DNA of 64,000 bases from assembly GCA_965661285.1 (NCBI GenBank), contig CBFIDD010000001.1, positions 511,395 to 575,394 on the forward strand. Reading direction: 5' to 3'. Under the pieces are notes generated by a model. That model had not been told where the DNA came from, ran no database searches, and saw nothing but the letters and a program-made list of their open reading frames with translations. Source of the stretch: Poseidonia sp. (GTDB lineage: Archaea > Thermoplasmatota > Poseidoniia > Poseidoniales > Poseidoniaceae). This document shows positions 52,697-61,437 of the stretch, in pieces (the stretch's first letter is position 1; the number at the start of each line of letters is the position of its first letter). The position numbers were made by a program, and so were the translations under genes.

Positions 52697-53989
52697 GTGT
52701 ATCGAGTCTTCAAACCAGCAACCGTCTCTTCAGAGGGGCTGGTGGAACATGCGCAAGACGCTACAGCTCCTGAAGGACTGATGTTCTTCCACGCCAAGGA
52801 AGGTCGGCCCTTAGCCACACCTTGGCAGGTGGCCGCGCTGCGTGCCCAAACGGTGAACAAACATACCCTACCGGCCGGCGTGGTGGTGGATTGTGCCTGC
52901 GGCAGTGGCATTCAGCTCGCCGCTTACGCTACGGTTCTGCAACGTCCTGTCCTCGGCGTGGAACTCGTGGAAGACCGAGCCAGAGCGAGCGCCGTCAACC
53001 TGCAAACCGTCGCCGACCACACCCAAGCGAATGGACGTGATTGGTTCGTGCAAAGTTCCGTCTTGGCCGGCGATGGGACTGCGGCAGAAGACGTGCTTGC
53101 GGGAGTTGAAGGCATCGATGCTGGTGTGGCCTTTCTCCACCTCGACCCTGCTCGACCACGAAACAGTCGCAACCACGCGCTTGAGGAGATGCAACCACCG
53201 CTCCATACCGTGATTGAAGCATGGGTGCCGCAGTTTACCGCCTCGCCCGAAGGCCCCGCACTTCTGCTCGACCTCTCACCTCGGCTGTCCGCTTCTCAAC
53301 GAGATGAGGTGGAGGCCATTGTGGACCGTATCCGCCCCGGTCTTGCAAGAACCTGGGAGTGGACCTCCCGGGGCCGAGGACGCGTGGACCGCCTTGCGCT
53401 CTGGCTTGGTGGTGTAGCGCAGCCCGGTGTAGCACGCAGATTTGTACGCGTCCCCTCCTCCCTTGCGTCTGCGCCTCTGGTGCTCGAAACGAGTGACACC
53501 CAAACCTCGCTAACGTGCAGACATCATCCCCCCAAACGCGGCGAACAGGTCAGCATCCTCGATGCTGCGCTCGTCGAAAGCGGTCTGGTTGAAACATGGC
53601 TGGATCGCGTCGCAGCCGGCGACCAGGTGCGTTGGGGATTGACCGAGGGAAGACGACCGCAACTCCACCATGACCGGCCGCTTGCCCTTCATGGCGACGA
53701 TTCGTGGTTGGTCCAAGCCACGGGCAAAGTGGTTGAACTTCTGAAGTTTAACCTCGACGAGACCACCGTCGACCGGTTGGTTGAAATCGCGCTCGAACAC
53801 CGACTGGCTTCGGTCAAACTCCGGTTCGACCTTGACCCTTCGCAACAACCTATTTTGCAGGGCTCGCTGGACCGGCAACTGCGAAGACGGCACGGGGTGC
53901 GCGAGGGTTTTGTGGCGCGACATCCCGGAGCCAATGTCTTGCTGCTCTGCGTTTCTCCCGAGAATGACGATGCTTCTGGTCCAATCTGA
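52697..53989 (+). CDS. class I SAM-dependent methyltransferase (RNA methyltransferase-like) with long C-terminal domain
   Basis: Motif I VVVDCACGSGIQLAAYA (Methyltransf_15/Tgs1-like D-x-F/A-C-G-x-G), acidic motif II region LHLDPARP. GTG start at 52697. Confidence 0.55.
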   Translation: MYRVFKPATVSSEGLVEHAQDATAPEGLMFFHAKEGRPLATPWQVAALRAQTVNKHTLPAGVVVDCACGSGIQLAAYATVLQRPVLGVELVEDRARASAVNLQTVADHTQANGRDWFVQSSVLAGDGTAAEDVLAGVEGIDAGVAFLHLDPARPRNSRNHALEEMQPPLHTVIEAWVPQFTASPEGPALLLDLSPRLSASQRDEVEAIVDRIRPGLARTWEWTSRGRGRVDRLALWLGGVAQPGVARRFVRVPSSLASAPLVLETSDTQTSLTCRHHPPKRGEQVSILDAALVESGLVETWLDRVAAGDQVRWGLTEGRRPQLHHDRPLALHGDDSWLVQATGKVVELLKFNLDETTVDRLVEIALEHRLASVKLRFDLDPSQQPILQGSLDRQLRRRHGVREGFVARHPGANVLLLCVSPENDDASGPI

Positions 53990-54029
53990 TGGCGGTTTCG
54001 CGGCTCAGTGGCGCGAATCTCATCATCGC

Positions 54030-54048
54030 GGTCTTGATATATGGGAGG
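54030..54048 (+). promoter_or_regulatory. putative promoter TATA element of the ribosomal-protein operon
   Basis: gtcttgatatatgggagg ~55-65 nt upstream of rps13 ATG, with gagggaaacc RBS at 54086-54095. Confidence 0.35.
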
Positions 54049-54098
54049 TTGGTCGGAGGGATGCTTGACACTGTGGTGTTAACGTAGAGGGAAACCAT

Positions 54099-54566
54099 AT
54101 GGCACGACCGAAGGATGAGGACCTTGGTGATGATTTTTCATACATTTTGCGTATGGCAGATACGGACATGGACGGCTTGAAGCCGCTCGCCACTGCCTTG
54201 ACGTCCGTCAAGGGCGTCGGCGCCCGTACCGCCATCCAAATCTGCAAAAACACTGGATTTGACCCCTACAAGCTCGCTGGTTTCCTCGACCCCGAACAGC
54301 AGGAACAACTCCGTCTTGCCATTGAATCCTATGCTGAGAACGTCCCTCTGTGGATGCTCAACCGACAGCGAGACCTCGAAACCGGCAACGAAATTCATCT
54401 GACCGGCCAACAGGTTCGTTTCACGCTGAAAGACGACATTGACCGTCTTCGAACCATGAAGTGCTACCGCGGTGTTCGCCACGCATCTGGCAACAAAGTC
54501 CGTGGTCAGCGCGGTCGTTCCAACGGCCGTGGTGGCCTGACGTTGGGTGTCAGCCGAACCAAGTGA
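54099..54566 (+). CDS. rps13: 30S ribosomal protein S13 (uS13)
   Basis: MARPKDEDLGDDFSYILRMADTDMDGLKPLATALTSVKGVGARTAIQIC... is the typical archaeal S13 N-terminus; basic C-terminus. Confidence 0.9.
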   Translation: MARPKDEDLGDDFSYILRMADTDMDGLKPLATALTSVKGVGARTAIQICKNTGFDPYKLAGFLDPEQQEQLRLAIESYAENVPLWMLNRQRDLETGNEIHLTGQQVRFTLKDDIDRLRTMKCYRGVRHASGNKVRGQRGRSNGRGGLTLGVSRTK

Positions 54567-54581
54567 TGAGGAGGAATTGAG

Positions 54582-55232
54582 ATGGGAGAACCAAAGTTTT
54601 CACGACCCAAGTACGACACGCCTTCTCACCCTTGGAAGGCGGACAGAATCGAGGAAGAACACGCCATCAAGGAAAATCACGGCCTCAAGAACATGAAGGA
54701 GATTTGGAAGGCCAAATCCCAACTTCGCCGACATCGACGCCAAGCCATGCGTTTGATCGGAAACGTCGACACCACCGAAGGGCACGGCAAGCGAGAGCAA
54801 GAAGACCTGCTCCGTTCGCTTCATCACAAGGGTCTGATCGAATCCGACGCTGTTCTCGGTGATGTCCTTTCGCTGGGTACCGAAGATGTGCTGAACCGCC
54901 GTCTCCAAGCTCAGGTTTACTACAAAGGGTTCGCATGCACCATGAAGCAGGCTCGCCAACTCATCACACACGGCCAAATCTGCATCGGAGACCAAAAGAT
55001 CACCATCCCATCCTACGCCGTGAGCCGAGACGAAGAAGCCGAACTCCGCTACCATCCAGCCTCCCCCCTTAACGACCCGAACCACCCCATCCGCAAGGCC
55101 ATCGAGGGTGTTCGTGATGCCGCCAACTACGAGGACGGCGAAGTCGACCCGGAAGCGACGCCCGAATTCGCTGAAGAAGTTCGCGAGGCCGGAGAAGCCT
55201 CCACAGCAGCCATTGAAGGAGGCGATGAGTGA
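54582..55232 (+). CDS. rps4: 30S ribosomal protein S4 (uS4)
   Basis: MGEPKFSRPKYDTPSHPWKADRIEEE... S4 N-domain plus S4 RNA-binding domain; acidic C-terminal extension; GAGGAGG RBS. Confidence 0.9.
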   Translation: MGEPKFSRPKYDTPSHPWKADRIEEEHAIKENHGLKNMKEIWKAKSQLRRHRRQAMRLIGNVDTTEGHGKREQEDLLRSLHHKGLIESDAVLGDVLSLGTEDVLNRRLQAQVYYKGFACTMKQARQLITHGQICIGDQKITIPSYAVSRDEEAELRYHPASPLNDPNHPIRKAIEGVRDAANYEDGEVDPEATPEFAEEVREAGEASTAAIEGGDE

Positions 55233-55615
55233 TGTCCCGCAAAGCCATCGTCAACATCTTCAGTTCGTACAACAACATTCTGATGACGGCCACGGATTTG
55301 ACCGGCGCCGAAACCATCACCACCTGCAACGGCGGCGAAGTCGTCAAAGCCGGCAAGGACAAAGGCGGGCAATTCGCTGCCACCCGAGCCGCCGAGCGCA
55401 TGGCTGACGCCCTCAAGGACAAGGAGTTCAACGAACTTATCGTCAAGTACCGTGCTCCAGGTGGAAACCTCTCCAACAACACCGGACCCGGCGCCCAAGC
55501 CGCCATTCGTGCACTCACCCGTGCGGGCATGACCATCACTCGAATCGAAGACGTCACCCCCCTTGCCCACGATGGTACCAAGAAAAAGGGTGGCCGACGC
55601 GGCCGACGTGTCTGA
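55232..55615 (+). CDS. rps11: 30S ribosomal protein S11 (uS11)
   Basis: AIVNIFSSYNNILMTATDLTGAETITTCNGG... S11 signature. ATG at 55232 overlaps the S4 stop (TGATG); the ORF track's 55229 is GTG. Confidence 0.9.
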   Translation: MSRKAIVNIFSSYNNILMTATDLTGAETITTCNGGEVVKAGKDKGGQFAATRAAERMADALKDKEFNELIVKYRAPGGNLSNNTGPGAQAAIRALTRAGMTITRIEDVTPLAHDGTKKKGGRRGRRV

Positions 55616-55630
55616 TGAATAGGTGATAAA

Positions 55631-56563
55631 ATGAAGACCGAAGTCGTTCAAGGCTGGCCACAGGGCCACGAAATCCGCATCCTGATCAGCGAAACCGACG
55701 CTTCTCAGGTGAACGCTATTCGACGAGCACTCATCGCCGATGTTCCCAAGTTGGCCATCACCCGTGTTGACTTCTCCCAAGGCGTCACGCAGGACAACAA
55801 GGGCGAAGTCGTTGAATCCGTCAACGTGCTTCCCGACGAAGTGCTCGCCCACCGACTGGCCATGATCCCCATTCCAACCAACCTCGACGAAGGTTTGGTC
55901 TTCCCCGACCAGTGTCAAAACTGTGCGGATGTAGTTGAAAAGGACAAGGGCTGCCCCATGTGTCAAGTCCTCTACACCCTTTCCGCTCGCGGTCCAGCCT
56001 CCGATGCTGAAGAGGATTTCAAAACCGTTTACGCAGGCGACATCACCACCATTTCAGACCCGGTTTTTGACATTCGTGATGAACACAAGCAAATCCCGCT
56101 GACCGTTCTGGCCAAGGGGCAATTCCTTGAATTCTATGCATTCGCTGTTCTTGGACGAGGTCGCGACCACGCCAAGTGGTCGCCGGTCGCAGCCGTGGGC
56201 TTCCGACCTCAGCATGTCGCCGTTCTCAACAAGCCAAAGAAGGCCAGCGTGTTGTTTGACCTTGGTTTGACCACCACCGATGGCACGCCCATTAACGCCA
56301 AACTCTTCGGCAAGGACAAGAAATTGACCGACATTAACCACGTGATGGACCTTGAGAAGGCCCTTCACCAAATTGGGCCGGGTACGGGTCGGGAAGATGA
56401 CTTCGACGACGCCATCACGCTCGAGCCGGTTGATGGCGCCTACATCTTCTCCTACGAAACCGACGGCAGTCATGACCCGGTCACGGTGTTCAACATGGCG
56501 CTTGACGAGTTGAAGAATCGCTTCGACAACCTCGGTGAAGACCTGGCATCTGCCCTCGCCTGA
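55631..56563 (+). CDS. rpoD: DNA-directed RNA polymerase subunit D (Rpo3)
   Basis: Rpo3 dimerisation domains flanking an inserted Cys-cluster domain (CQNCADVVEKDKGCPMCQ); conserved position after S13-S4-S11. Confidence 0.85.
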   Translation: MKTEVVQGWPQGHEIRILISETDASQVNAIRRALIADVPKLAITRVDFSQGVTQDNKGEVVESVNVLPDEVLAHRLAMIPIPTNLDEGLVFPDQCQNCADVVEKDKGCPMCQVLYTLSARGPASDAEEDFKTVYAGDITTISDPVFDIRDEHKQIPLTVLAKGQFLEFYAFAVLGRGRDHAKWSPVAAVGFRPQHVAVLNKPKKASVLFDLGLTTTDGTPINAKLFGKDKKLTDINHVMDLEKALHQIGPGTGREDDFDDAITLEPVDGAYIFSYETDGSHDPVTVFNMALDELKNRFDNLGEDLASALA

Positions 56564-56610
56564 AGACTCCAACGCGGGGTTCATCAGCCATCGCTGCCTC
56601 GCTTGATGCG

Positions 56611-57645
56611 ATGACGTCCACAACCGTTCAACGATGCGGCGGACACATCACGCTTCTGTTTAGCATCGACAAATCCAGTGCGTTGATGCGGAGCCAAGGA
56701 AGCCGAGGTGCTGGCTTTTCGATTCACCACGGCGTTGAGGTGGAGGCTTCGCTTCAGCGAACCGCCCCCGATGAGTCGGGAAAAATGTACGGCATTGACC
56801 CCGACCGACCCCCATCTGCCACCCCACCGAAACCGTCCTCCATCTCCGTGATCAACATGCACGGAGAGCATTTGGAAAGCGCCGGACTGTACCTTGATTT
56901 TCTTGAAGCCTGCCGCCAGGCCACGCTGCTTCGTTCCGAAGAAGGGTTGGACATCAAGGTACGATTAGAATGCCCCACCAGCCAAGGGTTTGGCATGTCT
57001 GCAGCAGGACTCATTGCGCTTGGAAAGGCTGTTCACCATTTGACCGGCCGTGGACGATTGGTCCAGTACCTGAAGATCGCTCATCGTATCGAGCGTACCC
57101 ACGGGGCCGGTCTTGGCGACGTGCTCGGCGCCTCCGTTGGTGGTGTCGAACTTCGCGTTTCGCCGGGTGCACCCGGATGGCCGGGGGAAGCGCTGAGTTT
57201 TTCTTGCGATGCGCCGGTGTTGTTGATTTGGAATCCACACGAGCAACGCCACACGGCCACCTACATCGACGACCCTGTTTGGCAGCGGTCCATTACCGAT
57301 GCCGGCAACGCCTGCGTTGACGCCTTGGCATCATCGCCGTGGGATATTGGGCGCTGGCCCGAGGTTTTGACCCAGTCGCGTGCGTTTGCCGCTGCGTCTG
57401 GGATGCTGGAGGAAGAGGACCGAGCTCGTCTCTACCGAAGCGTGCTTGAAGCGGTCCAGTTCGCTGAAGCACAAGCACATCTTGCTGTGCGTTTGTGCAT
57501 GTTGGGAAGTTCGGCCGTGGTCGTGCCTCGCCAACTGGACGGTTCAACGGATGTGGACGCCCTCCAAGCCGTGGCTGCAGCGGCCGAGAACCACGGTTAC
57601 AGAACCATGATGACATCGATATCAGCGGTCAATCCTCAGCCGTGA
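56611..57645 (+). CDS. GHMP-family kinase, pantoate-kinase-like
   Basis: GHMP motif PTSQGFGMSAAGLIALG (P-x-GxG-SSAA-like). N-terminal GGHITLLFSI...GSRGAGFSI resembles archaeal pantoate kinase (GHI(T/S)GFF...GSRGAG). Confidence 0.55.
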   Translation: MTSTTVQRCGGHITLLFSIDKSSALMRSQGSRGAGFSIHHGVEVEASLQRTAPDESGKMYGIDPDRPPSATPPKPSSISVINMHGEHLESAGLYLDFLEACRQATLLRSEEGLDIKVRLECPTSQGFGMSAAGLIALGKAVHHLTGRGRLVQYLKIAHRIERTHGAGLGDVLGASVGGVELRVSPGAPGWPGEALSFSCDAPVLLIWNPHEQRHTATYIDDPVWQRSITDAGNACVDALASSPWDIGRWPEVLTQSRAFAAASGMLEEEDRARLYRSVLEAVQFAEAQAHLAVRLCMLGSSAVVVPRQLDGSTDVDALQAVAAAAENHGYRTMMTSISAVNPQP

Positions 57646-58678
57646 GGGCTGACAGGTCAATGGGGGCCGCATCCAACATCAAGACGCCAGGGAGAAACAG
57701 GTTCTCACAGAATCCATGTCGGAACATGATAGCTCCGCTGCCCCATTCCTCAATGTAGCGATTCATCTGTTTCTTCATCTTCTTGCGCTGAAATTCCACG
57801 TCTGCGCCGTAGAAATGTTTGGCATCAATCCACGCCACGGGCTGGTCGTTGATGTACACATGGTCGAGAAAGAGTAAATCGGGCGTACGTACCGGACGAC
57901 CCAAAAGTTCGGATTGTTCCTTCACCATCTCAGGTTGGCGCCGAAGGCGAATACCCTGAGCTTCAAACCAATCCGCAAGAAGGTCTTCAAACAGGTCAGC
58001 CTTGACCTGAGTTTCGGACTGGTCAACGCTTGAAACACGGTCAGCAGCCTCGGCGGCTTCGAACTCATCGCGCTCTCGCTGCTTCATTGAGGACGGGTTG
58101 CGCAGGCTATCCTTGATGCGTTTTTTTGACCAACCCATGGCTTCCAACACGACCCTGAAGATGTTCATCGGAGGAAAATCGTATTTTTTTGTCAACGCCA
58201 AAATGGACGTCCCCGAGCGGTAATGCCGTGCAAGTTCTCGCGACTTGGATTTCAATTTATGATGCGAATAAACCGTCTTTTGTTGAAGCAGTGCGGAACG
58301 CAACGAAAGGGCTTGGTCAAGGGTCATCGCCTCGCCTTCCAACTTCGCGGCGATGGCGTCCACGCCCTCATCGCTCAACCATCCAAATTCACCTCTGTTG
58401 ACGACAAACGAAGCCACGCGCTCTTCTTCCTTGAGGGGGACGGGTTCGGGCTTCCAGGACAGGTGAAAGGTACGCGGTTCGTCCATGTCTTTGGGAAATG
58501 CCATGGGCAGCGGTTCTCGCTCAAACCGCTCCTCCGCCGCCAAATTCATCGAGGCGATTTCCGAGGCAAACCGTTCGGTTTGCGTCGCTCGCTTTGGACC
58601 ACCGTACCGGCGTTTTGAGGCACCGCCTCGGCGTTGAGAAGAGCCGCGGTGCTGCCGAGGTCGTTCACCCATGGCCAT
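57629..58678 (-). CDS. PD-(D/E)xK nuclease-fold protein with basic N-terminal region (hypothetical)
   Basis: C-terminal core TPDLLFLDHVYINDQPVAWIDAKHFYGA has a D ... (D/E)xK arrangement with the preceding RLRRQPEM Glu; basic RG-rich N-terminus. ATG at 58678 chosen (ORF track 58726 is GTG). Confidence 0.45.
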   Translation of the reverse strand: MAMGERPRQHRGSSQRRGGASKRRYGGPKRATQTERFASEIASMNLAAEERFEREPLPMAFPKDMDEPRTFHLSWKPEPVPLKEEERVASFVVNRGEFGWLSDEGVDAIAAKLEGEAMTLDQALSLRSALLQQKTVYSHHKLKSKSRELARHYRSGTSILALTKKYDFPPMNIFRVVLEAMGWSKKRIKDSLRNPSSMKQRERDEFEAAEAADRVSSVDQSETQVKADLFEDLLADWFEAQGIRLRRQPEMVKEQSELLGRPVRTPDLLFLDHVYINDQPVAWIDAKHFYGADVEFQRKKMKKQMNRYIEEWGSGAIMFRHGFCENLFLPGVLMLDAAPIDLSALTAED

Positions 58679-58737
58679 CTGTTTTTGGCGACACTCAATG
58701 AAGGCTCCCCCGGGAAGCGCACACACGACGGGTTCTT

Positions 58738-61437
58738 ATGCAAGAGAGCGATGGTGAAACCATGCGTTTGAAAGTTACACTCTCGGTGTTGGTCGTTTCC
58801 ATGTTGATCGCATTCCCCCTCTCGTGTACGGACGCACAACCTCGACCCGTGGTTGAAGATGCTTCCCTGCAGGCGTTCAGTTCTGCCGAAAATCAAAGCG
58901 GATGGTTGGCCACTGCAGGGGGTTCAAACCTTGAGCGCATCACCAGCATCCTTCCGCTTTCAAACGGAAGCACCATTGTTGGGGGTGATTTTCAACAAAC
59001 GATCGATTTCAACGGAGACGTGATTGGTTTCGCAAGCGAGGACTCTGATTTTGGCGTTGATTTTTTCCTTGCATGGCTGGATGAAAACGGGACGTGGACC
59101 AACACGATGACCGGTTTCAGCGTCGGTCTGGACAGTGTTGATGCCCTCGCACAACTGAGCGATGGTACCGTTTTGGTGGCGGGCAGTTATTGTGGAATCA
59201 CAAAAGAAGACGCCTGCAACATGACATTGGGTGCTTTAGAACCGCTTGAAAAAGCGGATGATAATCACGAGAATGCAGTGTTTTTGGCAGCCATGACACC
59301 GCTTGGAGAGTGGATGTGGGGCACTTCGTACTCTACCGAGTACGAAATATCCGTTCTGGACATGATGGTTGATCAAAACGACGAAATCCATCTTGTTTTG
59401 AAACACAGTGGCATGTTGGACCTCGGAGATGATGTATTCCTCGGATCCGGGGTTGAAAGTACGCTTTCGCTCCTCGTGCTGGATCATCTCGGCGACCGTC
59501 TGTATTTCAACGAGGTCATCTCGAGCTACGACATTGAGTCATGGGGCTCTCTTTGTCTTGACGGAACCGGACAAACCTATCTCGCCTCCACGTTTGTTGA
59601 TTTGGTAAGATTTGGCACGCACGAAGTTTTCAGTCAAGGCGGCTCGAACATCGCCATCGCTCAGTACAACTCTGGTGGCTGGTTGTGGGCGTCGGGTGCT
59701 GGAGGCGCCGGTGATTCAACGGTGGTCGATTGTGCGGGGCGCCCGGACGGAGGTGTGGCCGTCGTGGGTGATTTCCTACAAAACATGACCTTTGGAGATA
59801 TCGAACTCGACCCTGCCGTGTGGGTGGACTTCTACGAAGCGCACCTCTCGCAAAACGGGACGTGGTTGCACGCTTCTGGTTTTGGAGGGAATGGAGCAGA
59901 CCACGCTGCTGCGCTCAAGGTAACCGAGCAGGGAGATTCCATCATCACCGGAAAAACCACCGGTTCAGTTACCCTTGGGGAATTCCTCTTGAACGACATT
60001 GACGGGGTCAATGACGGAAATCACTACGATGTTTTCCTCGGTTTACGGCAAGCGAACAGCGATTGGGATTGGGCCATCGTCGTCGGTGGTCAAGGTAATG
60101 ATCTCCCCCATGAGTTAGAGATGAGTTCGTCCGGGTCGCCAGTGATATCGTTCAGCTCAAATCAAGACGGTGAATTTGGCACCCACCTGTTCGATCAGCG
60201 GGATCAATACGATGTCGGTGTGTGGTTGTACGAGACCGATTTGGATTTTGACGGGGTGCTCGACGGTGTTGATAACTGTCCAAAAACAGTCAATAGCGAC
60301 CAGGCCAACTTGGACAACGACGCTTTCGGTGATGTCTGTGATGACGACATCGACGGTGATGGTGTGTCAAACACCGACGACGACTGTCCCACAGGCGACA
60401 TGGGTTGGGCGGCAAACAGCATCTCCGACCACGACAGCGACGGTTGCAGGGATTTGACCGAAGATTTGGACGATGATGAAGACGGCATCTTCGACGAGCA
60501 GGATCTTTGTCCAAAAGGCCCCGTTGGATGGGTTTCGACCGAAGAAACCGACATTGAATCCGATGGTTGTTCGGACGAAGACAACGATAACGATGGGTTC
60601 GTCGACCAAGCCGATAACTGTCCGGCCATGGCCAACCCAACACAAGCGGACCTTGACAACGATGGTGTCGGCGACGTATGCGATTTGGATAAAGACGGTG
60701 ATGGCATTACCATTCCCAATGATAATTGCCCGAACGATATCAATTCATGGATTTCGTTCAGTTGGAACGATTACGACAGCGATGGGTGCTTGGATGACGG
60801 GGCCGATGAAGACGATGATGATGATGGTGTTCTCGACACGAACGATGATTGCCCACTCGGTGAGAAAAATTGGGGCGACAACGCCTCAACCCTCGACCAC
60901 GACGGCGATGGGTGTCATGACGATCTTGAGGACGAAGACGACGACCAGGACGGTATCAAAGACCCCATTGACCGGTGCCCACGAGGCCTCATTGGGTTGG
61001 CGCAAACCGGACAAGACAACGACGGCGACGGGTGCATCGATGCGGTTGAGGATGACGATGACGACCAAGACGGTGTGCTTGACCCGCTCGACCGATGTGC
61101 AAACACCGACCCTTCCCAGCAAGTCTCCTCAAACGGGTGCAGTCAATACCAGTTGGACGATGATAACGACGGCGTGGTGAACGCCTACGACTTCTGTTTG
61201 GATTCACCTGTTGGAGCGGTGGTCGACGAACGCGGATGCGGTGATCGGGCGGTCGAGCCTGCGGGCGAAACCGACAGCAGTGGTTTCGGTTTGGCAGGCG
61301 CTTTCTTCCTTCTCACAGGCATCATCATCGTCTATGCCGTCTACCTCAACAACAAGCGACCAGGCCCCCCACTTCCAAAACAACCGGTTGGTTTTGAGGC
61401 GCCGCCCGAGCGTCCTGCGATGGACGAAGAAGCGTAA
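58738..61437 (+). CDS. secreted, C-terminally membrane-anchored protein with beta-propeller repeats and ≥10 thrombospondin type-3 Ca-binding repeats
   Basis: Signal peptide (MRLKVTLSVLVVSMLIAFPLSC from ATG 58762, or 58738). SBBP-like beta-propeller repeats (DG[ST]x[VI]VaG...fG). From ~60230 a run of DxDxDGxxDxxDxCP / NxDQxDxDxDGxGDxCD repeats (e.g. DNCPKTVNSDQANLDNDAFGDVCDDDIDGDGVSNTDDDCP). TM GLAGAFFLLTGIIIVYAVY and short tail ending PAMDEEA. Confidence 0.8.
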   Translation: MQESDGETMRLKVTLSVLVVSMLIAFPLSCTDAQPRPVVEDASLQAFSSAENQSGWLATAGGSNLERITSILPLSNGSTIVGGDFQQTIDFNGDVIGFASEDSDFGVDFFLAWLDENGTWTNTMTGFSVGLDSVDALAQLSDGTVLVAGSYCGITKEDACNMTLGALEPLEKADDNHENAVFLAAMTPLGEWMWGTSYSTEYEISVLDMMVDQNDEIHLVLKHSGMLDLGDDVFLGSGVESTLSLLVLDHLGDRLYFNEVISSYDIESWGSLCLDGTGQTYLASTFVDLVRFGTHEVFSQGGSNIAIAQYNSGGWLWASGAGGAGDSTVVDCAGRPDGGVAVVGDFLQNMTFGDIELDPAVWVDFYEAHLSQNGTWLHASGFGGNGADHAAALKVTEQGDSIITGKTTGSVTLGEFLLNDIDGVNDGNHYDVFLGLRQANSDWDWAIVVGGQGNDLPHELEMSSSGSPVISFSSNQDGEFGTHLFDQRDQYDVGVWLYETDLDFDGVLDGVDNCPKTVNSDQANLDNDAFGDVCDDDIDGDGVSNTDDDCPTGDMGWAANSISDHDSDGCRDLTEDLDDDEDGIFDEQDLCPKGPVGWVSTEETDIESDGCSDEDNDNDGFVDQADNCPAMANPTQADLDNDGVGDVCDLDKDGDGITIPNDNCPNDINSWISFSWNDYDSDGCLDDGADEDDDDDGVLDTNDDCPLGEKNWGDNASTLDHDGDGCHDDLEDEDDDQDGIKDPIDRCPRGLIGLAQTGQDNDGDGCIDAVEDDDDDQDGVLDPLDRCANTDPSQQVSSNGCSQYQLDDDNDGVVNAYDFCLDSPVGAVVDERGCGDRAVEPAGETDSSGFGLAGAFFLLTGIIIVYAVYLNNKRPGPPLPKQPVGFEAPPERPAMDEEA

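Noticed and set aside
55127-55966. 279-aa minus-strand ORF
   Set aside because: Antisense to rps11 and rpoD, both confidently identified.
60204-61180. Alternative-frame ORFs (60204..60743 minus, 60473..61180 plus) in the TSP3 repeat region
   Set aside because: Products are Ser/Thr/Pro/Met-rich low-complexity translations of the GAC/GAT-repeat DNA. The Asp/Cys TSP3 frame has strong periodic conserved motif structure and is continuous with the signal peptide and TM anchor.
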